Shown here: in pieces, positions 1 to 11,307 of the stretch | Layout: each line of letters begins with the position of its first letter | Numbering within the stretch: the first letter of the stretch is position 1 | NCBI RefSeq assembly: GCF_964355755.1 | Contig: NC_092675.1 | Location: 13,798,912-13,862,911, forward strand | DNA length: 64,000 nt | From: Antedon mediterranea | Taxonomy: Eukaryota > Animalia > Echinodermata | Direction: 5' to 3' | Made by a program: the position numbers and the translations under genes | Notes under the pieces: generated by a model | Databases searched by the model: none | Told to the model about the DNA's origin: nothing | The model's input: only the letters and a program-made list of their open reading frames with translations

Positions 1-13
1 TTTTCACACAAAA

Positions 14-2490
14 CACCAAAGTGCTTAGAATAGCTTCAAATCGCATTTGGAGACGTTTTAGACCATTTTGTGATTTTCGAAAAAACTTGTTAACATAAAA
101 ACATCAAAGTGTACAGAATAACTTCAAATCGCATTTGGAGACCGTTTTAGGCCAATTTGTGATTTCCGAAAAAACTTGTTAACCTAAAAATACCAAAGTG
201 TTTAGAATAGCTTCAAATCGCATTTGGAGACGTTTTAGACCATTTTGTGATTTTCGAAAAAACTTGTTAACATAAAAACACCAAAGTGCTTCAAATCGCA
301 TTTGGAGACATTTTAGACCAATTTGTGATTTTTGAAAAAACTTGTTAACATAAAAACACCAAAGTGCTTACAATAGCTTCAAATCGTATTTGGAGACGTT
401 TTAGACCATTTTGTGATTTTCGAAAAAACTTGTTAACATAAAAACACCAAAGTACTTAGAATAGCTTCAAATCGCATTTGGAGACGTTTTAGACCATTTT
501 ATGCTTTTCGATGAAACTTGGTTACACAAAAACATCAAAGTGCTTAAAATCACATTATAATCCGTTTTAGACCATTTTGAGCATTTCGATAACACTTTTC
601 ACACAAAAACATCAAAGAGCACAAAATAGCTTAATATCGTATTTAAAAACGTTTTAGACCATTTTGAGCATTTCGACAAAACTTTTTCACACAAAACACC
701 AAAGTGCTTAGAATAGCTTCAAATCGCATTTGGAGACGTTTTAGACCATTTTGTGATTTTCGAAAAAAATTGTTAACATAAAAACATCAAAGTGTACAGA
801 ATAGCTTCAAATCGCATTTGGAGACCGTTTTAGGCCAATTTGTGATTTTCGAAAAAACTTGTTAACCTAAAAATACCAAAGTGTTTAGAATAGCTTCAAA
901 TCGCATTTGGAGACGTTTTAGACCATTTTGTGATTTTCGAAAAAACTTGTTAACATAAAAACACCAAAGTGCTTAGAATAGCTTCAAATCGCATTTGGAG
1001 ACATTTTAGACCAATTTGTGATTTTCGAAAAAACTTGTCAACATAAAAACATCAAAGTGCTTAAAATCACATTATAATCCGTTTTAGACCATTTTGAGCA
1101 TTTCGATAACACTTTTCACACAAAAACATCAAAGAGCACAAAATAGCTTAATATCGTATTTAAAAACGTTTTAACCATTTTGAGCATTTCGACAAAACTT
1201 TTTCACACAAAACACCAAAGTGCTTAGAATAGCTTCAAATCGCATTTGGAGACGTTTTAGACCATGTTGTGCATTTCGATGAAACTTGGTTACACAAAAA
1301 CATCAAAGTGCTTAAAATCACATTATAAACCATTTTAGACCATTTTGAGCATTTCGATAACACTTTTCACACAAAAACATCAAAGAGCACAAAATAGCTT
1401 AATATCGTATTTAAAAACGTTTTAGACCATTTTGAGCATTTCGACAAAACTTTTTCACACAAAACACCAAAGTGCTTAGAATAGCTTCAAATCGCATTTG
1501 GAGACGTTTTAGACCATTTTGTGATTTTCGAAAAAACTTGTTAACATAAAAACATCAAAGTGTACAGAATAACTTCAAATCGCATTTGGAGACCGTTTTA
1601 GGCCAATTTGTGATTTTCGAAAAAACTTGTTAACCTAAAAATACCAAAGTGTTTAGAATAGCTTCAAATCGCATTTGGAGACGTTTTAGACCATTTTGTG
1701 ATTTTCGAAAAAACTTGTTAACATAAAAACACCAAAGTGCTTCAAATCGCATTTGGAGACATTTTAGACCAATTTGTGATTTTTGAAAAAACTTGTTAAC
1801 ATAAAAACACCAAAGTGCTTACAATAGCTTCAAATCGTATTTGGAGACGTTTTAGACCATTTTGTGATTTTCGAAAAAACTTGTTAACATAAAAACACCA
1901 AAGTACTTAGAATAGCTTCAAATCGCATTTGGAGACGTTTTAGACCATTTTATGCATTTCGATGAAACTTGGTTACACAAAAACATCAAAGTGCTTAAAA
2001 TCACATTATAATCCGTTTTAGACCATTTTGAGCATTTCGATAACACTTTTCACACAAAAACATCAAAGAGCACAAAATAGCTTAATATCGTATTTAAAAA
2101 CTTTTTAGACCATTTTGAGCATTTCGACAAAACTTTTTCACACAAAACACCAAAGTGCTTAGAATAGCTTCAAATCGCATTTGGAGACGTTTTAGACCAT
2201 TTTGTGATTTTCGAAAAAAATTGTTAACATAAAAACATCAAAGTGTACAGAATAGCTTCAAATCGCATTTGGAGACCGTTTTAGGCCAATTTGTGATTTT
2301 CGAAAAAACTTGTTAACCTAAAAATACCAAAGTGTTTAGAATTGCTTCAAATCGCATTTGGAGACGTTTTAGACCATTTTGTGATTTTCGAAAAAACTTG
2401 TTAACATAAAAACACCAAAGTGCTTAGAATAGCTTCAAATCACATTTGGAGACATTTTAGACCAATTTGTGATTTTCGAAAAAACTTATC
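14..2490 (+). repeat. 1451-bp (17-monomer) tandem duplication, as far as visible in the window
   Basis: Private variants (gtacagaataac, gagaccgttttaggcc, the 10-bp-deleted monomer at 279 and 1730, cttacaatag, agtacttag) recur at +1451. Confidence 0.8.
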
Positions 2491-3885
2491 AACATAAAAA
2501 CACCAAAGGGTTTAGAATATCTTCAAATCGCATTTGGAGACGTTTTAGACCATTTTGTGATTTTCGAAAAAACTTGTTAACATAAAAACACCAAAGTGCT
2601 TAGAATAGCTTCAAATCGCATTTGGAGACGTTTTAGACCAATTTGTGATTTTCGAAAAAACTTATCAACATAAAAACACCAAAGGGTTTAGAATAGCTTC
2701 AAATCGCATTTGGAGACGTTTTAGACCATTTTGTGATTTTGAAAAAACTTGTTAACATAAAAACACCAAAGTGCTTAGAATAGCTTCAAATCGCATTTGG
2801 AGACGTTTTAGACCATTTTGTGATTTTCGAAAAAACTTGTTAACATAAAAACACCAAAGTGCTTAGAATAGCTTCAAATCGTATTTGGAGACTTTTTAGA
2901 CCATTTTGAGATTTTCGAAAAAACTTGGTTACACAAAAACATCAAAGTGCTTAAAATCACATTATAAACCGTTTTAGACCATTTTGAGCATTTCGATAAC
3001 ACTTTTCACACAAAAACATCAAAGAGCACAAAATAGCTTAATATCGTATTTAAAAACGTTTTAGACCATTTTGAGCATTTCGACAAAACTTTTTCACACA
3101 AAACACCAAAGTGCTTAGAATAGCTTCAAATCGCATTTGGAGACGTTTTAGACCAATTTGTGATTTTTGAAAAAACTTGTTAACATAAAAACACCAAAGT
3201 GCTTAGAATAGCTTCAAATCACATTTGGAGACGTTTTAGACCATTTTGTGATTTTCGAAAAAACTTGTTAACATAAAAACACGAAAGTGCTTAGAATAGC
3301 TTCAAATCGCCTTTGGAAACGTTTTAGACCATTTTGTGATTTTCGAAAAAACTTGTTAACATAAAAACACGAAAGTGCTTAGAATCACATTATAAACCGT
3401 TTTAGACCATTTTGAGCATTTCGATAACAATTTTCACACAAAAACATCAAAGAGCACAAAATAGCTTAATATCGTATTTAAAAATGTTTTAGACCATTTT
3501 GAGCATTTAGATAAAACTTTTTCACACAAAACACCAAAGTGCTTAGAATAGCTTCAAATCGCATTTGGAGACGTTTTAGACCATTTTGTGATTTTTGAAA
3601 AAACTTGTTAACATAAAAACACCAAAGTGCTTAGAATAGCTTCAAATCACATTTGGAGATGTTTTAGACCATTTTGTGATTTTTGAAAAAACTTGTTAAC
3701 ATAAAAACACGAAAGTGCTTAGAATAGCTTCAAATCGCATTTGGAAACGTTTTAGACCATTTTGTGATTTTCGAAAAAGATTGTTAACATAAAAACACCA
3801 ATGTGCTTAGAATCACATTATAAACCGTTTTAGACCATTTTGAGCATTTCGATAACAATTTTCACACAAAAACATCAAAGAGCAC

Positions 3886-3892
3886 AAAATAG
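3886..3892 (+). repeat. 5' target-site duplication AAAATAG of LINE copy 1
   Basis: The C monomer reads agcac-aaaatag-cttaatatcg. It breaks after aaaatag at 3892 and resumes with aaaatagcttaatatcg at 5931. Confidence 0.88.
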
Positions 3893-5743
3893 TATTATAG
3901 ATATCTGAAAAAAAATAATAATCGGTTAGCCCAAAGTAATTTCAAATTTGCTCGCGCGTCTTTTAAAAAAATGTGCAATAAAAAGTACAAAGATTACTTG
4001 GACTCTTTGGCTAAGCAAATTGTCACTAACAGTAAAAGATTCTGGAGCTGGATGAAAACTAAATACAAGTCAAATAATCTTCCTTCTGTCATGAGTCACG
4101 ATAACATTTCATTCCAGTCTAATTATGATAAAGCTACCACATTTAATTCTTATTTTCATTCTTTTTTCAGTGAGCCTTCTCCGGACGTTCCCCGGGACTA
4201 TCCAGGTCTTCCTGACTATGCGGTGGATAACTTAAGTTCTCTGTCTGTGAATCAGCATTCTGTGGAAAAGGCACTTAGTAACATTGATATCAATAAAGCT
4301 ACTGGCATTGATCAGATTAGTAACGTTGTCTTAAAGGGTGCCTCCTCCTCACTCTCTTATCCGCTTTGCAAATTGTTTCAGCTATCTATTAATTCTGGGG
4401 TTTTTCCTTCATCTTGGAAACACGCTAATATTGTCCCAATTCACAAGAGTGGTCCCAAAAAACTAATCTGTAACTATCGTCCTATTTCGTTATTGCCTAC
4501 TATGTCTAAGATTTTTGAGCGCATTGTGCATGATGGTTTGTCATCACATGTTGCTAATGCTTTAAGTCCTAGGCAGCATGGTTTTGTCTCTGGGAGATCA
4601 TGTCAAACCAACCTCGCACTGCTTCTTGCTACATCATACGATGCAATTAACAGCAAGAAGCAGTGCGATGTGATTTACACTGATTTCTCTAAGGCTTTTG
4701 ATTCCGTTTCCCATGATTTGCTTATTTTTAAACTTTCAAAATTTGGTTTATCCGGTTCACTGTTAAGTTGGTTTAAAAGCTATTTAACTAATAGACAACA
4801 GCGTGTTGTCATTGGGGGAGAGACATCTGATTGGCTCCCTGTGTTATCGGGCGTTCCGCAGGGCTCGATCCTGGGCCCGCTTTTGTTTAATTTATTTATC
4901 AACGATCTTCCTTTAAAATTTAATCATTCCGAGTCTCTTTTATTTGCTGACGATCTGAAATTGTTTAAAGTGATTACCACTCCACAGGATGCTTTTTCAC
5001 TTCAGGAGGATCTGGATGGTCTCGTGGAATGGACGGAGAAGTGGGGGATAAAACTTAATGCTAATAAATGCAAATATTTATCTATAACACTTAAAAAAAG
5101 GCCTGTGCTCTTCAATTATAATCTGAGTGGACATGATCTTGAGATGGTTTATGTATGGAAAGATTTAGGTATTTTTATTGATAGTAAATTAAATTTTTGT
5201 TCACATATTAATCATGTGTTGTCAAAAGCTAATAGAATGATGGGCTTAATATGGAGAAATTGTAGGTTTATGAACGACGGCAGGGCACTTTTATCTTTAT
5301 ACAAATCTATTATACGTCCTCACCTTGAATATTGTTCCGCAATTTTCAATTCAATTTCTCCATGTCAGGCCCGTCGAATCGACACTGTTCAACGGAAGTT
5401 TGTTCGATTCCTGTCTTATAACTGTGTTAATTTTGCCTTTTCCATTGATTCTGTCAGCAATCGTCGAACGATATCTGATATGGTTTTTTTATATAATATT
5501 TTAAATTCTAAATATGACTGTTCATTAATTTCACTATTTAGTTTAAATGTTCCTGGTCGTACACGAAATAGACATTTATTGCATATTCCTTTTAGCCGTG
5601 TCGACTGTACTAAGAGGGGACTTTTTCATAGACTACCTTATACATTTAATAATCTAAATAGCAATCATATCGATATTTTTAATGATAGACTTGGTTATTT
5701 TAAGAGGACGATGATGTGTTCACTTCTTGAACAGTCTGCATAA
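3893..5743 (+). CDS. LINE ORF2 fragment: reverse transcriptase plus C-terminal region, N-terminally truncated (first ATG at 3971, 590 aa)
   Basis: Non-LTR RT motifs NYRPISLL, QHGF, DFSKAFDSVSH, GVPQGSILGPLLF, FADD and YKSIIRPHLEY. The frame is open for 26 codons upstream of the ATG (YYRYLKKNNNRLAQSNFKFARASFKK), right up to the insertion junction. The ATG is therefore most likely an internal Met. Confidence 0.93.
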   Translation, partial: YYRYLKKNNNRLAQSNFKFARASFKKMCNKKYKDYLDSLAKQIVTNSKRFWSWMKTKYKSNNLPSVMSHDNISFQSNYDKATTFNSYFHSFFSEPSPDVPRDYPGLPDYAVDNLSSLSVNQHSVEKALSNIDINKATGIDQISNVVLKGASSSLSYPLCKLFQLSINSGVFPSSWKHANIVPIHKSGPKKLICNYRPISLLPTMSKIFERIVHDGLSSHVANALSPRQHGFVSGRSCQTNLALLLATSYDAINSKKQCDVIYTDFSKAFDSVSHDLLIFKLSKFGLSGSLLSWFKSYLTNRQQRVVIGGETSDWLPVLSGVPQGSILGPLLFNLFINDLPLKFNHSESLLFADDLKLFKVITTPQDAFSLQEDLDGLVEWTEKWGIKLNANKCKYLSITLKKRPVLFNYNLSGHDLEMVYVWKDLGIFIDSKLNFCSHINHVLSKANRMMGLIWRNCRFMNDGRALLSLYKSIIRPHLEYCSAIFNSISPCQARRIDTVQRKFVRFLSYNCVNFAFSIDSVSNRRTISDMVFLYNILNSKYDCSLISLFSLNVPGRTRNRHLLHIPFSRVDCTKRGLFHRLPYTFNNLNSNHIDIFNDRLGYFKRTMMCSLLEQSA

Positions 5744-5788
5744 CCTGTTTTAATTGAAATTTTTTATGGCATGCCAATCTGTGTTTTT

Positions 5789-5804
5789 TATATATATATA
5801 TATA
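5789..5804. repeat. (TA)8 microsatellite in the LINE 3' UTR, copy 1
   Basis: tatatatatatatata; the same length in copy 2. Confidence 0.9.
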
Positions 5805-5858
5805 TTTTATCTGTATTTTATTGTTAACCGTTTTTGCTGTTGTATTGTTTTATGTTTC

Positions 5859-5894
5859 AAACCTGTTAGTGGCGGTATTTATCGCTGTTGGTTT
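5859..5894 (+). other. Putative 3'-terminal RNA stem-loop of the LINE (RT recognition signal), copy 1
   Basis: aaacc-tgtt-agtggcggt-attt-atcgctgtt-ggttt can pair, with several G-U pairs, just before the tail. Such hairpins are established for L2/CR1-group elements. Confidence 0.6.
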
Positions 5895-5900
5895 TGATTG

Positions 5901-5930
5901 AATAAAATAAAAATAAAATAAAAATAAAAT
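5901..5930 (+). repeat. LINE 3' tail, alternating AAAAT/AAAAAT units, copy 1
   Basis: aat-aaaat-aaaaat-aaaat-aaaaat-aaaat, running into the TSD. Confidence 0.9.
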
Positions 5931-5937
5931 AAAATAG
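5931..5937 (+). repeat. 3' target-site duplication AAAATAG of LINE copy 1
   Basis: Identical to 3886-3892. The boundary with the tail is ambiguous because the tail and target share AAAATA. Confidence 0.85.
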
Positions 5938-8900
5938 CTTAATATCGTATTTATAAATGTTTTAGACCATTTTGAGCATTTCGACAAAACTTTTTCACAC
6001 AAAACACCAAAGTTCTTAGAATAGCTTCAAATCGCATTTGGAGACGTTTTTTATACCATTTTGTGATTTCGATGAAACTTGATTACACAAAAACATCAAA
6101 GTTCTTAAAATCACATTATAAACCGTTTTAGACCATTTTGAGCATTTCGATAACACTTTTCACACAAAAACATCAAAGAGCACAAAATAGCTTAATATCG
6201 TATTTAAAAACGTTTTAGACCATTTTGAGCATTTAGACAAAACTTTTTCACACAAAACACCAAAGTGCTTAGAATAGCTTCAAATCGCATTTGGAGACGT
6301 TTTAGAACATTTTGTGTTTTTCGAAAAAAACTGTTAACATAAAAACACCAAAGTGCTTAGAATAGCTTCAAATCGCATTTGGAGACGTTTTAGAACATTT
6401 TGTGTTCTTCGAAAAAACCTGTTAACATAAAAACACCAAAGTGCTTAGAATAGCTTCAAATCGCATTTGGAGACGTTTTAGACCATTTTGTGATTTTTGA
6501 AAAAACTTGTTAACATAAAAACACCAAAGTGCTTAGAATAGCTTCAAATCACATTTGGAGACGTTTTAGACCATTTTGTGATTTTCGAAAAAAATTGTTA
6601 ACATAAAAACACGAAAGTGCTTAGAATAGCTTCAAATCGCATTTGGAAACGTTTTAGACCATTTTGTGATTTTCGAAAAAGATTGTTAACATAAAAACAC
6701 CAAAGTGCTTAGAAAAGCTTCAAATCGCATTTGGAGACGTTTTAGACCATTTTGTGCATTTCGATGAAACTTGGTTACACAAAAACATCAAAGTGCTTAA
6801 AATCACATTATAAACCATTTTAGACCATTTTGAGCATTTCGATAACACTTTTCACACAAAAACATCAAAGAGCACAAAATAGCTTAATATCTTATTTAAA
6901 AACGTTTTAGACCATTTTGAGCATTTCGACAAAACTTTTTCACACAAAACACCAAAGTGCTTAGAATAGCTTCAAATCGCATTTGGAGACGTTTTAGACC
7001 ATTTTGTGATTTTCGAAAAAACTTGTTAACATAAAAACATCAAAGTGTACAGAATAACTTCAAATCGCATTTGGAGACCGTTTTAGGCCAATTTGTGATT
7101 TCCGAAAAAACTTGTTAACCTAAAAATACCAAAGTGTTTAGAATAGCTTCAAATCGCATTTGGAGACGTTTTAGACCATTTTGTGATTTTCGAAAAAACT
7201 TGTTAACATAAAAACACCAAAGTGCTTCAAATCGCATTTGGAGACATTTTAGACCAATTTGTGATTTTTGAAAAAACTTGTTAACATAAAAACACCAAAG
7301 TGCTTACAATAGCTTCAAATCGTATTTGGAGACGTTTTAGACCATTTTGTGATTTTCGAAAAAACTTGTTAACATAAAAACACCAAAGTACTTAGAATAG
7401 CTTCAAATCGCATTTGGAGACGTTTTAGACCATTTTATGCTTTTCGATGAAACTTGGTTACACAAAAACATCAAAGTGCTTAAAATCACATTATAATCCG
7501 TTTTAGACCATTTTGAGCATTTCGATAACACTTTTCACACAAAAACATCAAAGAGCACAAAATAGCTTAATATCGTATTTAAAAACGTTTTAGACCATTT
7601 TGAGCATTTCGACAAAACTTTTTCACACAAAACACCAAAGTGCTTAGAATAGCTTCAAATCGCATTTGGAGACGTTTTAGACCATTTTGTGATTTTCGAA
7701 AAAAATTGTTAACATAAAAACATCAAAGTGTACAGAATAGCTTCAAATCGCATTTGGAGACCGTTTTAGGCCAATTTGTGATTTTCGAAAAAACTTGTTA
7801 ACCTAAAAATACCAAAGTGTTTAGAATAGCTTCAAATCGCATTTGGAGACGTTTTAGACCATTTTGTGATTTTCGAAAAAACTTGTTAACATAAAAACAC
7901 CAAAGTGCTTAGAATAGCTTCAAATCGCATTTGGAGACATTTTAGACCAATTTGTGATTTTCGAAAAAACTTGTCAACATAAAAACATCAAAGTGCTTAA
8001 AATCACATTATAATCCGTTTTAGACCATTTTGAGCATTTCGATAACACTTTTCACACAAAAACATCAAAGAGCACAAAATAGCTTAATATCGTATTTAAA
8101 AACGTTTTAACCATTTTGAGCATTTCGACAAAACTTTTTCACACAAAACACCAAAGTGCTTAGAATAGCTTCAAATCGCATTTGGAGACGTTTTAGACCA
8201 TTTTGTGATTTTCGAAAAAAATTGTTAACATAAAAACATCAAAGTGTACATAATAGCTTCAAATCGCATTTGGAGACCGTTTTAGGCCAATTTGTGATTT
8301 TCGAAAAAACTTGTTAACCTAAAAATACCAAAGTGTTTAGAATAGCTTCAAATCGCATTTGGAGACGTTTTAGACCATTTTGTGATTTTCGAAAAAACTT
8401 GTTAACATAAAAACACCAAAGTGCTTAGAATAGCTTCAAATCGCATATGGAGACATTTTAGACCAATTTGTGATTTTCGAAAAAACTTGTCAACATAAAA
8501 ACACCAAAGGGTTTAGAATATCTTCAAATCGCATTTGGAGACGTTTTAGACCATTTTGTGATTTTCGAAAAAACTTGTTAACATAAAAACACCAAAGTGC
8601 TTAGAATAGCTTCAAATCGCATTTGGAGACGTTTTAGACCAATTTGTGATTTTCGAAAAAACTTATCAACATAAAAACACCAAAGGGTTTAGAATAGCTT
8701 CAAATCGCATTTGGAGACGTTTTAGACCATTTTGTGATTTTGAAAAAACTTGTTAACATAAAAACACCAAAGTGCTTAGAATAGCTTCAAATCGCATTTG
8801 GAGACGTTTTAGACCATTTTGTGATTTTCGAAAAAACTTGTTAACATAAAAACACCAAAGTGCTTAGAATAGCTTCAAATCGTATTTGGAGACGTTTTAG

Positions 8901-11307
8901 ACCATTTTGAGATTTTCGAAAAAACTTGGTTACACAAAAACATCAAAGTGCTTAAAATCACATTATAAACCGTTTTAGACCATTTTGAGCATTTCGATAA
9001 CACTTTTCACACAAAAACATCAAAGAGCACAAAATAGCTTAATATCGTATTTAAAAACGTTTTAGACCATTTTGAGCATTTCGACAAAACTTTTTCACAC
9101 AAAACACCAAAGTGCTTAGAATAGCTTCAAATTGCATTTGGAGACGTTTTAGACCAATTTGTGCATTTCGATGAAACTTGATTACACAAAAACATCAAAG
9201 TGCTTAAAATTACATCATAAACCGTTTTAGACCATTTTGAGCATTTCGATAACACTTTTCACACAAAAACATGAAAGAGCACAAAATAGCTTAATATCGT
9301 ATTTAAAAACGTTTTAGACCATTTTGAGCATTTCGACAAAACTTTTTTACACAAAACACCAAAGTGCTTAGAATAGCTTCAAATCGCATTTGGAGACGTT
9401 TTAGACCAATTTGTGCATTTCGATGAAACTTGATTACACAAAAACATCAAAGTGCTTAAAATCACATTATAAACCGTTTTAGACCATTTTGAGCATTTCG
9501 ATAACACTTTTCACACAAAAACATCAAAGAGCACAAAATAGCTTAATATCGTATTTAAAAACGTTTTAGACCATTTTGAGCATTTAGACAAAACTTTTTC
9601 ACACAAAACACCAAAGTGCTTAGAATAGCTTCAAATCGCATTTGGAGACGTTTTAGACCATTTTGTGCATTTCGATGAAACTTGGTTACACAAAAACATC
9701 AAAGTGCTTAAAATCACATTATAAATCGTTTTAGACCATTTTGAGCATTTCGACAAAACTTTTTCACACAAAATACCAAAGTGCTTAGAATAGCTTCAAA
9801 TCGCATTTCGAGACGTTTTAGACCATTTTGTGATTTTCGAAAAACTTTTTAACATAAAAACACCAAAGTGCTTAGAATAGCTTCAAATCACATTTGGAGA
9901 CATTTTAGACCATTTTGTGATTTTCGAAAAAACTTGTTAACATAAAAACACGAAAGTGCTTAGAATAGCTTCAAATCGCATTTGGAAACGTTTTAGACCA
10001 TTTTGTGATTTTCGAAAAAAATTGTTAACATAAAAACACCAAAGTGCTTAGAATCACATTATAAACCGTTTTAGACCATTTTGAGCATTTCGATAACAAT
10101 TTTCACACAAAAACATCAAAGAGCACAAAATAGCTTAATATCGTATTTAAAAATGTTTTAGACCATTTTGAGCATTTAGATAAAACTTTTTCACACAAAA
10201 CACCAAAGTGCTTAGAATAGCTTCAAATCGCATTTGGAGACGTTTTAGACCATTTTGTGATTTTTGAAAAAACTTGTTAACATAAAAACACCAAAGTGCT
10301 TAGAATAGCTTCAAATCACATTTGGAGACGTTTTAGACCATTTTGTGATTTTTGAAAAAACTTGTTAACATAAAAACACGAAAGTGCTTAGAATAGCTTC
10401 AAATCGCATTTGGAAACGTTTTAGACCATTTTGTGATTTTCGAAAAAGATTGTTAACATAAAAACACCAAAGTGCTTAGAATCACATTATAAACCGTTTT
10501 AGACCATTTTGAGCATTTCGATAACAATTTTCACACAAAAACATCAAAGAGCACAAAATAGCTTAATATCGTATTTAAAAATGTTTTAGACCATTTTGAG
10601 CATTTAGATAAAACTTTTTCACACAAAACACCAAAGTGCTTAGAATAGCTTTAAATCGCATTTGGAGACGGTTTAGACCATTTTGTGATTTTGAAAAAAC
10701 TTGTTAACATAAAAACACCAAAGTGCTTAGAATAGCTTCAAATCGCATTTGGAGACGTTTTAGACCATTTTGTGATTTTCGAAAAAACTTGTTAACATAA
10801 AAACACCAAAGTGCTTAGAATAGCTTCAAATCGTATTTGGAGACGTTTTAGACCATTTTGAGATTTTCGAAAAAACTTGGTTACACAAAAACATCAAAAT
10901 GCTTAAAATCACATTATAAACCGTTTTAGACCATTTTGAGCATTTCGATAACACTTTTCACACAAAAACATCAAAGAGCACAAAATAGCTTAATATCGTA
11001 TTTAAAAACGTTTTAGACCATTTTGAGCATTTCGACAAAACTTTTTCACACAAAACACCAAAGTGCTTAGAATAGCTTCAAATCGCATTTGGAGACGTTT
11101 TAGACCAATTTGTGCATTTCGATGAAACTTGATTACACAAAAACATCAAAGTGCTTAAAATCACATTATAAACCGTTTTAGACCATTTTGAGCATTTCGA
11201 TAACACTTTTCACACAAAAACATCAAAGAGCACAAAATAGCTTAATATCGTATTTAAAAACGTTTTAGACCATTTTGAGCATTTAGACAAAACTTTTTCA
11301 CACAAAA

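Larger units (their letters stand above)
1..3892 (+). repeat. Satellite DNA array, segment 1 (88/77/87-bp monomers, An-B-C higher-order units); continues beyond the left edge
   Basis: A monomer caccaaagtgcttagaatagcttcaaatcgcatttggagacgttttagaccattttgtgattttcgaaaaaacttgttaacataaaaa recurs at 88-bp spacing (2764 to 2852). B starts at 2940 (77 bp), C at 3017 (87 bp), and the next A at 3104. Confidence 0.98.
3893..5930 (+). mobile_element. 5'-truncated non-LTR retrotransposon (LINE, CR1/L2-like), copy 1, 2038 bp
   Basis: Non-satellite block with an RT frame, a ~160-bp T-rich 3' UTR, a terminal hairpin, an (AAAAT/AAAAAT) tail and a flanking 7-bp TSD. No ORF1 or endonuclease domain. The clade is inferred from motif style and the tandem-repeat tail. 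Confidence 0.95.

Noticed and set aside
74-92. CENP-B box-like motif (TTCG....A..CGGG)
   Set aside because: Only TTCG and the A match, and the essential CGGG is absent (ttcgaaaaaacttgt).
3971-5743. Retron, DGR, group II intron, defence-associated RT or telomerase-like enzyme templating the repeats
   Set aside because: The motifs, 5' truncation, 3' tail and TSD are those of a eukaryotic non-LTR retrotransposon. The element contains no copy of the satellite monomer to act as a template, and it interrupts a pre-existing monomer.
5767-5776. Palindrome TGGCATGCCA in the LINE 3' UTR
   Set aside because: It is a single 10-bp palindrome with no loop or supporting context, so it is compatible with chance.
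5901-5930. AATAAA polyadenylation signals of a host gene
   Set aside because: They are part of the retrotransposon's tandem tail, and there is no host gene structure nearby.
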